Shown: positions 12,801 to 24,592 of the stretch, in pieces
How the letters are laid out: every line of letters begins with the position of its first letter
Position numbering within the stretch: the stretch's first letter is position 1
Assembly (NCBI GenBank): GCA_000320545.1
Contig: ADNK01000875.1
Coordinates: forward strand, 62,001 to 126,000
Source of the DNA: Bigelowiella natans CCMP2755
Taxonomy: Eukaryota; Protista; Cercozoa
Length of the DNA: 64,000 nucleotides
Reading direction: 5' to 3'
Program-made: the position numbers and the translations under genes
Notes under the pieces: model-generated
What the model was told of the DNA's origin: nothing
Database searches by the model: none
What the model saw: only the letters and a program-made list of their open reading frames with translations

Positions 12801-14814
12801 TAGGACTGCAGCTGCTTTTACTACTGCTTACCGGAAGGAGAACTCTGTAGGCCTCAGCTTCGCTAAGGTGTGGGCCAAGGCTGGCCTTGATGCCCACTTC
12901 GATAACCTAATAAAGTTATGCAGCAACACCCTATTGAATGCTAGCTAGACACTACTAGACCAGCTACCCTATGGACAGACTGGTCTAGCTAGGTATGGCT
13001 GCTGTACTTACCCAAGACCAGCAGATCATACGGGTGTGGGGCAGGGCCTGCACAGCAGCTGAGGCCAAGTACAGCCCTACAAAAGGAGAGTATAAAGCCA
13101 TGACTGAGGCGCAGAGGAAACTAAGATACTACCTGCTGTCGGTGCCCAGCTTCACCTTAATGACTGACCACAAGCCCCTCCTAGGCATCGACCGCAAGCT
13201 CGAAGCGCCTAACGATGAGTATGCAGCTATGAGGGCGGACACGGAAGAGTTTAGGGACAAGAGGACAGTGGTCTACGCACCAGGAGACAAGCAGCTTGCT
13301 GACTATTTCAGCAGGCTGTTCGAAAAGAAAGTCCCTACCCAGGTCACCCCTATGGTTAACGCGATTACCTTCGAGGACGGCGACTTCCTGCTGAGCCAGA
13401 GGAGCTCCAGCACCTTCAAGAACACCTGGATAAATACAAACACAAGCATGAGGTACTTAGTGATAGGATATATGTATACACTAATAATGTTAGGCGTACC
13501 TACGTGCCACGGCGGACCAGGGGAGCCCTTCTCTTTACCGCCCATGGACCTGCACACGTAGGAGAAAACCATATCACTGCTCTACTCTACCATTACTACT
13601 GGCCCTACAAGCTAAAAGAGATAAGGACATACCTGCGTGGCTGCAGGTGCTCCAGCTTGAAGGCGGCAGGCGTCGCCACCAAGGAGTCCAGCAAGAGCCG
13701 TGCATCTAAGAAAATCAAAGCAAGGAACTTCTTAGATATCGTGCAAATTGATGTTTATAAGTACGATGGCTATCACTACCTTACCTTCGTTGATGTGGCC
13801 ACTGGAAAGTGCTGGGTTAAAAAGATTATCAAGGTCAACGTTGCTAAGAAGAACAAAGGCTTATATAAGCAGAGGCTTACTAACTGCTACCGTACCTGGG
13901 AGTCTGAGCTCCAGGCTATCCCTGATGAAGTTAGCATAAACAAGATACCAAAGAAGTTACATGTGGATAATGAGACCTCTCTTCTACAGCTACCACACCC
14001 TAATATTGATGCCTCACCTGTATACTATGCCCAGTCCAACTCCAAGGTAGAGCGACTCCACCGCACCTTGGCCAACCTAAGCAGGATAAATAGCACCACA
14101 CCAGACAAGATACAAGGGTTAGTAAACGACACCTTCACGTCTGGGGGAGGTATCAAGGATAAGGAGAGGGAAGAAGGCGACGACAACGACGACGATACCG
14201 AGAGCGAAGACGAGAAGGTCCCGTACGATGGCCGAGTTCTAAAGGAAGGACAGTATGTTAGGGCCAAGGTAAATCTGAGATCGAGAAATAAACAAGACCC
14301 CTTCTGGGGTGGCGTTGCAAAGGTTACCGAGAGGAAGGGGAGGAAGCAGTACTACATCTATGATGGGAACAGGGTCACCTTGCGCCACATCAGTCACCTA
14401 AAGAATTATGATATCGGTGAGAAGCTCCTAGAGGATGTTAAAGTAAACCCTACTGTGTGGGAGCGAGCAATGCCTTGTTTAGGACCCCGACCTAAGTTCG
14501 ATGTGGAATATGGAAACAATAAGGTCAGGGTGAACGACGATTGGCGCATGAAGATTGTCTATCTAGGCTACCCTGGATTACGAAATATGGAGAGGGTAGC
14601 TATGAAAATAAAGGACGGAAAATATCAGCTACTCTACCTAGCTGTTCCCGACTTACCCTTTGAGCACTGGTATAAGGTCCTGGGGGACCTTGATGCAGAG
14701 GGCTGGTATGGACACGAACCTAAGGACGAAGGTGAGTTCTGGGTAAGCGACAAAGGAGATAAGGTTAGAGAGGAATCTATTACCTGGTGGTTGGTGAAGT
14801 TCCGAAAGCGATGA
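9844..14814 (+). CDS. Gag-Pol polyprotein with three apparent -1 frameshifts (~12945, ~12989, ~13385) and a C-terminal Dam-like extension
   Basis: Zn knuckle CGYCSRKGKHTAKDC (10951-10995); protease LWDSGS (~11400); RT FPYGL...YVDD (12508-12519); RNase H LWTDWS..GMAAVLTQ, E, TDHKPL, ADYFSR; integrase HGPAH..CRC, VQID, VDN, SKVERLHRTL. Confidence 0.93.
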
Positions 14815-14856
14815 AGGTCTAAGGGAATAAGGAAGGAAGGAAGGAGCAACGTGACT

Positions 14857-14865
14857 TGGGGGAGG
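14857..14865 (+). promoter_or_regulatory. Polypurine tract
   Basis: TGGGGGAGG immediately before the 3' LTR, preceded by purine-rich 14821-14846. Confidence 0.8.
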
Positions 14866-15191
14866 TGTAGCGCGTACCACTACGCGGGCACAAGTCACGT
14901 GCGACAACAAAGGGGTTGTCGCGGATATAGAATATAGATAACGTAGATATTAATACAGCATAGGCACGTGGGTTCCGGCGGGACTCATGGCAGCACACCG
15001 GAAGTGTGCTGCCCCACGTGCGGCGGCATTCGCGAAAGCTTCGCGAATGATTACGCAGTGCACGATTTAATAAAAATATAATCTTTAATAAAAATAAACA
15101 CAACTCTTCAAAAGGAAGCAAACGTGCCTTTCCCCCCCCCTGCCTACTTGTGCACGTAGCGCCTCGGCCTGTGAACACCTTACGCGCAACA
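14866..15191 (+). repeat. 3' LTR
   Basis: Identical to the 5' LTR; followed by TSD ACAT. Confidence 0.97.
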
Positions 15192-15466
15192 ACATGCTAG
15201 CATGATGTGTGCAAATGTGCCATGCCTTAGCATGGTGTTATGTGCAGTGTTCGCAATAGAGCTTTTACGGCAACAATGCAAGCCTAGATGTAGTCGTTTT
15301 CTATGATATCAAAGCGCGCGGTACGTGCTCGCGTGTATACATGCATAATGACCGATTGCATCACATCTATGCATGTTCATTCAAGACTACTTCAACATGG
15401 AGCATGCATGAGCATGCATGTACATGTTATGCCGTCTTGCGAAGTGCACTACAGCATAGATTCGTT

Positions 15467-16063
15467 CTATACCAATGGAAGAGAGGCACATTCCTTGCCA
15501 TAACATCCTCGATGAGCCCATTTATTGTCTGGCACGATGGATACTTGCGTCGTGAATCGATACCTGATGTAGATTGATTATGGACGGATAATGAGATAGA
15601 ACGCCGAATAAGACAAAATGGCACAAATGATGTGGTGGGAGATGTTTGAGATAATAATAAATACACGATGTCTAGCGAAAAAGTTCTTATGTGCATGAGT
15701 CACTTACTCTGTATTTTTGCTCGGATCGTAGTAGCGGGGAGGGCCTACCATTGTGAAGGGTGATGTTTCATGATGATCACAACGGTGAAGATGAGGGTAA
15801 CAACAATTGGCAGTAATAGTCTAGTGACAATGAAGACAACGACGACAGTAATGATAAACGCAGGAACACATTTAAATCATACTCAAACTCATATGCACGC
15901 AATCCAATAACATCCTCGATTTTTGTTTGGTGTCCATAATGAACGTGTTGATGATGTTCTACTACTACTACTACTACTACTACTACTATATGTGGTGATA
16001 TTACCAGGATACTTAACTTCAATGAAGAAGGCAATCCAATTCACGAATGGCTTCTGAACGACC

Positions 16064-16103
<40 letters not shown>

Positions 16104-16119
16104 TATATTTTTATTTATA

Positions 16120-16159
<40 letters not shown>

Positions 16160-19100
16160 ATAGAGAGAAAGAGAAAGAGAGGGGGGGGGGGGAGGGAAAC
16201 GAGAGACCTGGTGGTGAGCTATCCATTCATTGGAGCCCGATGACGTCTCGTTTAGCTCCTTGTCAAACCTAGATATGTGTATAGTACAAATTTATAAATT
16301 TGTACATTGAACATTATTCTCCTGATCATCATCTTCTTCCTCTTCCTCCTCTTCATTTTCATCATTAACACTGACCAGATAACAGGGTGTATCTTCTTGT
16401 CTGCAACCAATAGTCGCCAATCGCGCTTGCCTATATTGAGAACAGCAGAAGTGCAACAGGAGTACTGTCGTCATTCTTACAACATCATTTCTATCATTAT
16501 CACTATCATCACCGTCCTCCTTACATCGTTACCTACTACAATCACGCATGAATGGGTTTGATTCTCGCCTCACAACTCACAAGCTATTACCTCCTTTAGG
16601 CCAGCTTGGTGCGTGCCACATGACGACGCTTGATGGCCTGCGCTCAGGGTCCAAGTTTCGGAATGTGATATCGCCAGAATCACGATCCATTTCCCATTCG
16701 AAGCCAGGCCATTCACCACCCTGTCCAAACGACAAGAGGAAGCGTATGCAAAGAGGGGTTAAAGAGAAAATCGAAGGTAGGGGTAGTGATTTTCATCTCG
16801 AATCCGTAGTGGATCGCGTACCGTTTCTGTTCGTTTCTGTTGCTTTTTTTTGTGTTTTGGACGTTCATCATGATGCCCTCATTTGTCATCATCATCATCG
16901 TCGTCGTTGTTATCATTATCATCAGTAGTATTAATATTAAGGGCAATAATGCTGCAACCGTCTCCAGAAGTCCACGAGCCCAGGCGCCAATAGCCGGAAT
17001 GATCTCGAAGATGCCTGATTAACGATAACATGACAACGGCGGACAAATGAGGGCGGTATAGAGACGACACTGAATGGTAGTAACAATGCATCCTCGATGA
17101 ATACGACGACATGTGTTGATGATGTAGTGTGGTTTTCGTTCTTGCCTGTGGCCTCTGAGTGCTCTGCGTTCTGCACCATGAGACGGTGTTTTCCTTGTCC
17201 CACTGGCATATCTTCCCACCTTAGGAAAGAGCGAAGGGAAGAAAGTGATGGGGAGGGGGGGAGAATCAGAAAGCAATGAGGCCAATCGGTAACTTTGATA
17301 TTGTTGATGTGACAAATAACACTGTAGACAATCATCTACGATGTCGTCGTAACCCTCATCGTACCAGAATCGATCGTTATCGTTTTGTAGAAATTCATCG
17401 CCTGCTGCATTGATGACGAGCTTTGGCATCAAGAAGCGGGATTTGTCCGCAAGATAATGGTAAGGGTCCACGGCCTAGTGATTGTAGTTGGTATCGTCGT
17501 TGTTATTCATTGTTGATAGTATGCAGACTAAAAACACACGAAAGTAGCTCGCGGGGAGACTCCTTAAATTTTGTTTTGTGGCAATGCTCATAGTCCAAGA
17601 GCCACTCATGCTTGTGAATGGCATGCTTTAACAAACGAACTGACTATGGTGCTAGCATACCTGAGACAACAGCATGAATTCGGGCGAATCAATCTGATTG
17701 GTAATATTGAGTTCGTAGTAATCTTTGAAAGCGAAGGTCCATCCACCGTAGGCCTGGTAATAGAAAGTATTATTGGCGATTGCTGCCTCGATACACCCAC
17801 TCACAGGTATAATACCAGGAGCTTTTACATTTGTATCAATAATTCATGAGTTTTACAATATAAATCCCTCCACATTACAAAAAGTCGCGATGATATCTCG
17901 TTTCTCCCACTAACTCTATTCTATAGAATTCCACCCCCTTTTCACTGCAACCTACAATTACCCGTGGCATGTGCGGGAGGGTTCGCGTCATGTGAAGGCA
18001 ATCCCACACGATTGGTGCTATGGCAACCACCTGGCAAAACAAGGGGAGGAGGAGGAGGAGGAGAAGAAGAAGGAAAAATCAATATTCATACAAATATGTT
18101 ATCTTAGGCTGTCGCCACCGCCGCCACCCACATATACTACTTCATTCATCTAACAACTTCACTCCTCACCCTTGGATCCACAAGCGCCGTGGTCCATGTC
18201 GTCCAACCTCGCTTTGAGGCCCCCGCGATGATAAAGTGCTCGACTTTCTGCGTCGAAGAGCGCAAGTCCGTGATCGTGTCCATCGCACGCAGAACGGCCT
18301 GGGAGGGGGAACAGTTGTCAATAGCTTCTCGTTGGTGATGAGTGAGGGGCACAGTATGAACGTCATATTAAAATCCTGTTTCTGAGTCCACCATTTCTAC
18401 GTGTAGTTCCCTCCCCCTCCTTTTCTTTGCCTGCCTTTGTTGCAGCACTACCTTTGTCATTGGCAAACGTGGCAGCCACTCGCTCTCTTTACTGAGATTG
18501 TATGGATTGCCAGGGTTCTCCATAAAGTGCTTCCAGCTCCACCCAATCATCCTGTCCTCACCCCGGCCCTGAGGAACCTGAAAGAGAAAGCAGAAGAGAC
18601 GAAGAGTAGAAGAAAAAGAAAAGGGCATGCAACATATCGATAAGATGCCGATAACGATGATGATTCACTTGTAAAATATTTTAATTTAATATCTTCTTGC
18701 TGATACCCATACATAAAAAACATACAAACCTTTGTTTTCAGCGTTTTTTAGAGTGGAAGATAATGTTTGTTGTACTACACGGTTATTGCTACTACTAAAA
18801 GTATTAATGATACCGGCTTTTCATCTCGGAAGTAAAGGGGTGCATTTGGAATTTGAAAAAGGGCAGCAGTCACGATCTGATTCAAAAGAAGAAGAAGAAG
18901 AAAAAGAGTGAACAGACAAGTAAGCGACGATGGTTCTAACGGCGAACAAGCACATGTTATTCAACAAGTTGCTAATTCTATTAAATCATCATTGTTATTA
19001 TCATCATTATCCTAATCAACGTTAGTGCCAATGGCAATTTTAGTATGCATGACTCCTAGCTCGGCGGCAACTGCGCTTGCGATAAGATTGTCCTCCTTTT

Positions 19101-20068
19101 GCGCCTTCTCGGGAGGTGAAGCATTGTTGCTGTCCCCTGCACAAAGATTGAGTAAGTCAATGCATTCCAAAATCGATGAAAATTGTTCGTCAAGTCGTAG
19201 AACAAAACTATCGATATTGTTATGATTGCAGTGCTACCGGTGATGTAGATGCATGCAGTGTCCATATGTTTTGGGTCAAGCTTCTTCGGGATGAAGAGCG
19301 ACATATAATGCCACCTATTTTCAGGAAAGATGAAGAGGAAAAGGGCAGAGGGGGCAAGCGGCGACAAAGAAACATACATAAGGGAAAAACTTTCCCATAT
19401 TCCAGAGACCATTTCTATAAGACGCTCACCATACTGCATCGTCAGCATCTGTTCTGTTGACACTACGGCCCCAATCATCCGGAGTAAGCCATTTTTGGGA
19501 ATAGAGCTTCACCTGGTAGAAGGAAAGGGGAGGAAAATTTTTATACAAAACATTTTATAAGCAGTACGTTAGTGCACTTTCTTCTCCCATTCTTTAATAT
19601 TTGGATAGTCTCTCTTTACTAGAAAGTATCTTTTACAATGAGCGTGTCCCAAAATGGAGATTCTGGTTTGACTGTCGTGTTGAGGACCTCGTACCTAGCA
19701 TTTTGCATCAATCAGACTATGTCAAAAGTAATATAAGGAGAATACTTCTATTGCTACCGGTAGTTGGGGTCTGGTCTGCGAACGTACTGGTCAAGGACAC
19801 TATCGATTTTGAGACCACCTTGTGCGGCTAACCGCTTTCGCAAATCAGAGAGGCTCTTTCGAGCCTTATACCTATTCATTTGTAGACATGAGATTGGAGG
19901 ATGAAGGTATTTCGTTGGGAAGCTGTCTCAAGCGCTAAATTTTCATTCCTTTCTGAATCTTGAGCTCAAAATTAGAGACTACCCTCTGTGGTTGTAGTCG
20001 TGCTCATCGAGCTCTGCAGTGACCGTGCTACTCCACAGAAGCAGCAGCGCCAGCGAAGAGAGACCCAT
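15467..20068 (-). CDS. PqaA (PhoPQ-activated pathogenicity protein)/AprA-like secreted alpha/beta hydrolase, multi-exon
   Basis: Signal peptide MGLSSLALLLLWSSTVTA; motifs EWLPRLPMTK, GASKRGWTTW, DPYHY..KLVINAAGDEF, QNAEHS; C-terminus FTTQVSIVP...PLV*. Confidence 0.88.
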
Positions 20069-20699
20069 GAAACCACCTTAATTGGATTAAAGAAATTCTT
20101 CAATATCAATCATTCTCCATAACCCCTCGATTATAAAACACGAGTATAGATAAGATTTGCATATGGCGGGGTTATAGATATCAAAATTCATTGTTCCAGG
20201 TGGGTTGATAGCAGAGGCACCCATCGAACGAACCCACCTCGTGCTCGCTAGACGGATCAGACTTTAAAGGGAACAATCGGGCACAGACCTAACCGTCCAA
20301 AAGTAAAGACAAGCGCTATACCGAGAAGATCCATTATATCTTTGTTTTCCTCTGAAACAGGTAGAATTTGAGTCAATGAAAAAATGTGTATGTACTGAGT
20401 AATTTACTGATTTTATCCAGATATATTTGGGATTGACAATGATCCAACAATTTGCATTCGATTGAGCATGGTTTGTTTCAGATCATTTCGCGGATGACCA
20501 GTACGCTCGACACCGCTGCAACGAACGCCAAACTTTCTCTTCTTTCCTGTTCGAGGATGTTCCTAGTCAAACAAAGAAAACTAATGTGTTGCGTCATGGC
20601 TCCATGTCAGTCTCAATGTCTAATAAGGGTCCGATGTGGAGCATGGTGGGGTACTTCATGATCTCCATCGCCATTTCTCCCCCGTTTTGTCACCAGTAG

Positions 20700-21064
20700 T
20701 GATATTTTCTGTTGTTTTTCAGGCCAAAAACAAATTGTTCAGTCCGCGGAAGGATTCCGTTTGTCCTCTTTGCAATGCTGAAGTTGTTCAAAGTGTCAAC
20801 CACCTCATTCATCATTGCACTCACTTGAATGCAGAGAGAAACAAACTTCTCTCGTGCATGAGATCAGCTCTGGGCCCAGCTTCTTCCTTCTGCTCTTCAT
20901 TCTTTGACGCTCCAGACTCTTTCAAAACCAAAGTTCTGCTGGGGGGGCCCTCAGATGATCCAAACGTAGATCGTTGTGTGGACATGGCCTTCAGGAAGTT
21001 TTTGCTCAGAGTGGAGGCCTTGCGCCGCCAGAATTTTGCCGCCAGTGTCATTGCTTCACAATGA
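20700..21064 (+). pseudogene. Non-LTR (LINE) ORF2 C-terminal CCHC zinc-finger relic
   Basis: CPLCNAEVVQSVNHLIHHCTHLNAERNKLL...VLLGG pattern; no RT upstream; contains no Tyr codons. Confidence 0.7.
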
Positions 21065-22039
21065 CTGAATCATGCCATTTTGAAAAACCAGCTAGTTGAT
21101 TTGCTAGTCACAGTCCTCACTGAAGCCAGTTCGAGGCACTGCACTTCGCACACTGCAAGTGTCTTGCAACGTTTTGGAAGTGCAGTTCGTCATCATTGTT
21201 CATCGTTCATTGTTCCATTGTTTCTCTTGGGCTCAATGGCCGTCGCTTTGCAGATCTGCTCCAACATCAAGTTCATTGTGTTCATGTGGGAACGCATCAC
21301 GTCCACTGCAGAGTCGAAGGCAACATCTTTCTTGTTGTTGATGACTGCAACCATGCCAGCATGGTCTCGCATTTTTCGCTAGGTGCAAGTCCTCGAAGCA
21401 GAGTGAAACATTGTTCATCATTCATTGGACGTGAAAAAACTCCTTGCAGTGGATGAGTTGAATCCATCAGCAGCAGCCACTTGGCTTTTTTCGCACAACT
21501 CCTTTCCTCCTGAGTGACGTGAACGAAGCAATGATCTCGTCTAGTCACGTTTGCTGAAAGGTGGATTGCGACACAGAAACACGAACAAGATGCTCAAAGC
21601 ACTGCAAATTGCTCTTGCACGTCAGATGCATGTGGACACATGTGTCCCTGTGGATGGGGCGCGTGCATGCACGTCACATCACACCTGCAGGGGGAAGGGG
21701 CAGTTGCCAAAAGCCCTCGCGGCACTCCCATCACGATGCCACAACCAGCAGAGCAGTCTAGCAGTGCGTCTTGACGAGCGTGCATGCAACTCATCTCAAG
21801 CAGATGGCATCGTGTTTCGTGCATGTTTGCGCACTTTTCTAGTTTTGATGCTGCATCGTGTCAATGCCAAATCTGATGTTCAAGAGTACATGCAAACACG
21901 CTTGACGCATGTGTTGCTCTGGGTTGTGAGCCACAATGTGCACTGCTTGCGAGCCACTGACATGCTTTGCTTCTTGCTGGTGTCACCGTAGAACCGTCGT
22001 CACGGTCGAATGATCTAGTGATGACATGATGAAATGTGA
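20706..22039. other. TpA-depleted, CTAG-retaining intergenic zone
   Basis: 10 TA dinucleotides in 1334 bp by manual count: 7 CTAG, 2 GTAG, 1 GTAC. Confidence 0.92.
21150..21520 (-). pseudogene. Decayed Copia-like gag fragment
   Basis: A minus frame reads VMRSHMNTMNLMLEQIC...MNDEQ**RTALPKRCKTL, resembling Copia gag 'H.N.M..L..QL...DE...LP..Y..L', with internal stops. Confidence 0.4.
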
Positions 22040-22094
22040 TAAAAACGAGGCAGCTTATATCCATGTAGCCAAGCATGATCAATCAATGAGGTTC

Positions 22095-24089
22095 TCATTT
22101 AATGAGCTGGGGCTTGAAGTCATGCGAGCAGTACTTCTGAAGAGCCTCGGCATAAAGATCAAATCTGTTGAAGGAGGAGGACATTTTAATGAGCACGATA
22201 CTGATTTTTCGTAAGGTGCTATCCACGCATACCTTGCTGTCTGATTGAACAACCATTTATCTCGCACTTGTTGGCACAAGTTCAGGTCAACCTGAGAACC
22301 AAACAGCAGTTCAGGAACGTACATGTCTCCTTTAGATACAATAAAGGCTTACTTCAGCAACTAATAGCCCGTCTTGAACACGCGAAAGTCCCGGAGTTCG
22401 CGAGCTTATTTAGATATCAAGAGTCGTAAGATCAAATAATTATGCAACTTTTAACGGTTAATCTACCCATCTGGAGCGGCAACGTAGCTCGATCCATAGA
22501 AGTGGCCAAACTTATTCTTGGCAGGCTTGCCATCTCCGCTGACATCGTCAATACATAAGTTAGTTCGCTATGCTAGGAGCTTGGAAAAGAGCAGGGTTTG
22601 ACCTTGTGAATTGATTTGGGAAAGTCTCAGTACCAACACGGTTAATACCAACTGCGAAATAGTGGTTTGCAATAGCAGCATTCCGCGCTTCGATTGGCCA
22701 CAGAGGCTGAATATCATAAAAAATGAAGGTTCGCTAGAATCCTGTAGTAATATTCTTATACCTCTGATAAAGCACCAACAGTAGCGGAGGGGTTGAATAC
22801 AATCTCAGCTCTGTAACATTTATTAAAAAAGACTCTGTCATTCGCACGCATTAGCCCACGTATATCGCGTTCTCACTGTACCCGTTAAGACCAAACATCA
22901 TCCAGTTTAGAGGGTGGTGCCTCCCGTAGCAAATATTGATTGCGATTTTACCTATGATTATGAAAAAAGGGTCGATATTAAATCTTAACAAAATATATGA
23001 TGCAGAAACTTCAGTCAACCGTAAATCGTATCGAAGACAGGGTGTCCAGTATCTCCCTCCATATAGTATGTTGATTCGTTGAAATCGCCAACTCGTGGGA
23101 TATGATTCTTACGATGTTTACCTATGTAGCGGCTATTAAAAAACACACTTGTTATATTATATTATTATATTATAGTATGTATAAGGCTGCAACTTTAATC
23201 TGAATATTTACTACCCGGTTTGATCGACAACAACAGCCGTGTTCCAAATAGTTTGCTTGTGGTCATCTCTTTCGAGAATCGGGCTAACGATCACCATCCG
23301 ATGCTTCTTTGCAAGACTCGAAATAAATTTGAAGCTGATGTACGTTTGAAAGGGTTACATACTTTCACTGTGTGCAGACTAAAATTATGCAAGTACCTTT
23401 CTCCGCTGTCTGCACTCTCAGCGAGCTCCATCCAGGGTGCTTTCTCTCTGGTGCAAAAGAAGAATGGGCCAGTCCAGCATTCCTGGAGACATAGCACGTT
23501 TGTCCCTGCTGTTGCTGCGACTTCAATGATTTCTTCAACTCTTCGAAAGATGGCATCCCTTTGCTCTGTGATTGGAGCATCGGTGGGCGCTACTATCCTA
23601 TTTTGCACAGCAGCCTGCATGCAATGCAACGTTCACTGTTAACCACACGTATAGGATAGATTTTGATGCAATGCTGAGTTTACCACGCGCACTTTTCTTT
23701 CAGCTCGAGTTTCCTCTTTTTGGGCTGGAATGGAATAGGCCTGAAAGTCGAGGCTGGCCTCCTTCAAGATTAAAGTGCGTGAGCCTTGGTGCATGATTGT
23801 CCTCAAATAAAGGTCATACCTTAGCTTGTGCACTTGCACGTTCTTCTGACATCGCTGTAAATGCGCCTCCGTAGAGAATTCTCTGTGCTTCTTGTTTGTC
23901 CTTCCCGTCTGGAACGAACGCCCCGATTACAGATTCAAGGGAATCCACCTCCCCATCTTTGTAGGGAACTGTATTCGTAGTGGTTGGAGTAGTTGTAGCG
24001 AACGGCCTGACAGATGCAGCTGCTTGGAAAGAATGAATCACACTTCGTCGTAGGATACGCATAACGGGCAGGCGTCGGACGTGGGACAT
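22095..24089 (-). CDS. UPB1: Beta-ureidopropionase (nitrilase family), multi-exon
   Basis: [79 protein letters not shown]. Confidence 0.95.
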
Positions 24090-24592
24090 GACACAGCTGG
24101 GTTCGGCTTTGATATTTCAATATTAAGATTAAACAAGGATGGGATGCCATGTATTCTCAATTAAAACGAAGGCTATTTATACCCATACGTCAGCTTATTA
24201 TCCTCAAATTTCGTAGATACTAGAGAACGATTTTATGGCTGTGTTGGATATATTAGCTGGGCGGTTTAGTGGGGTATCACAGCTCTTCTCCGAATGATGA
24301 GTCCGAAATCAGAGATGTCTTTCACCATAAATGCAGGCGATTTCCTAGGATTTCATGGTATTTCCAGTATTTCAAACATTGCAGATTTGAACAACGACTC
24401 ACTTTTGTTTCCGATCGGTCTTCTCCTCTTCCCCATATCAGAAGCTTCCTCCAATTGATAGTGCAAGCATGCGGCGATTAACGTTGCCATAGGCTAGATC
24501 AGCTATGATCGTCATTGCACTTGCAAACCTTGGCACCCAAAAATTACAGAGAAAGACGAGGAAGCGTACCTATCAAGCTACAGAGTTCGAAA

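Larger units (their letters stand above)
9479..15191 (+). mobile_element. Ty3/Gypsy LTR retrotransposon, full length, very recent insertion
   Basis: Two identical 326-bp LTRs (TG...CA); 4-bp TSD ACAT (9475-9478 and 15192-15195); PBS; PPT; domain order gag-PR-RT-RH-IN. Confidence 0.97.

Noticed and set aside
12946-12948. Programmed readthrough of the TAG ending ORF1
   Set aside because: RNase H continuity needs frame changes rather than readthrough; there is no slippery heptamer and the site is mid-pol.
21080-21991. Cluster of overlapping His/Cys-rich ORFs (also 25410-25902 and 34686-35250)
   Set aside because: They are artefacts of TAA/TAG loss in TA-depleted DNA.
20706-22039. CpG methylation decay or fungal RIP as the cause of the CA/TG excess
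   Set aside because: CG remains common and TA is the missing dinucleotide; RIP would increase TA.
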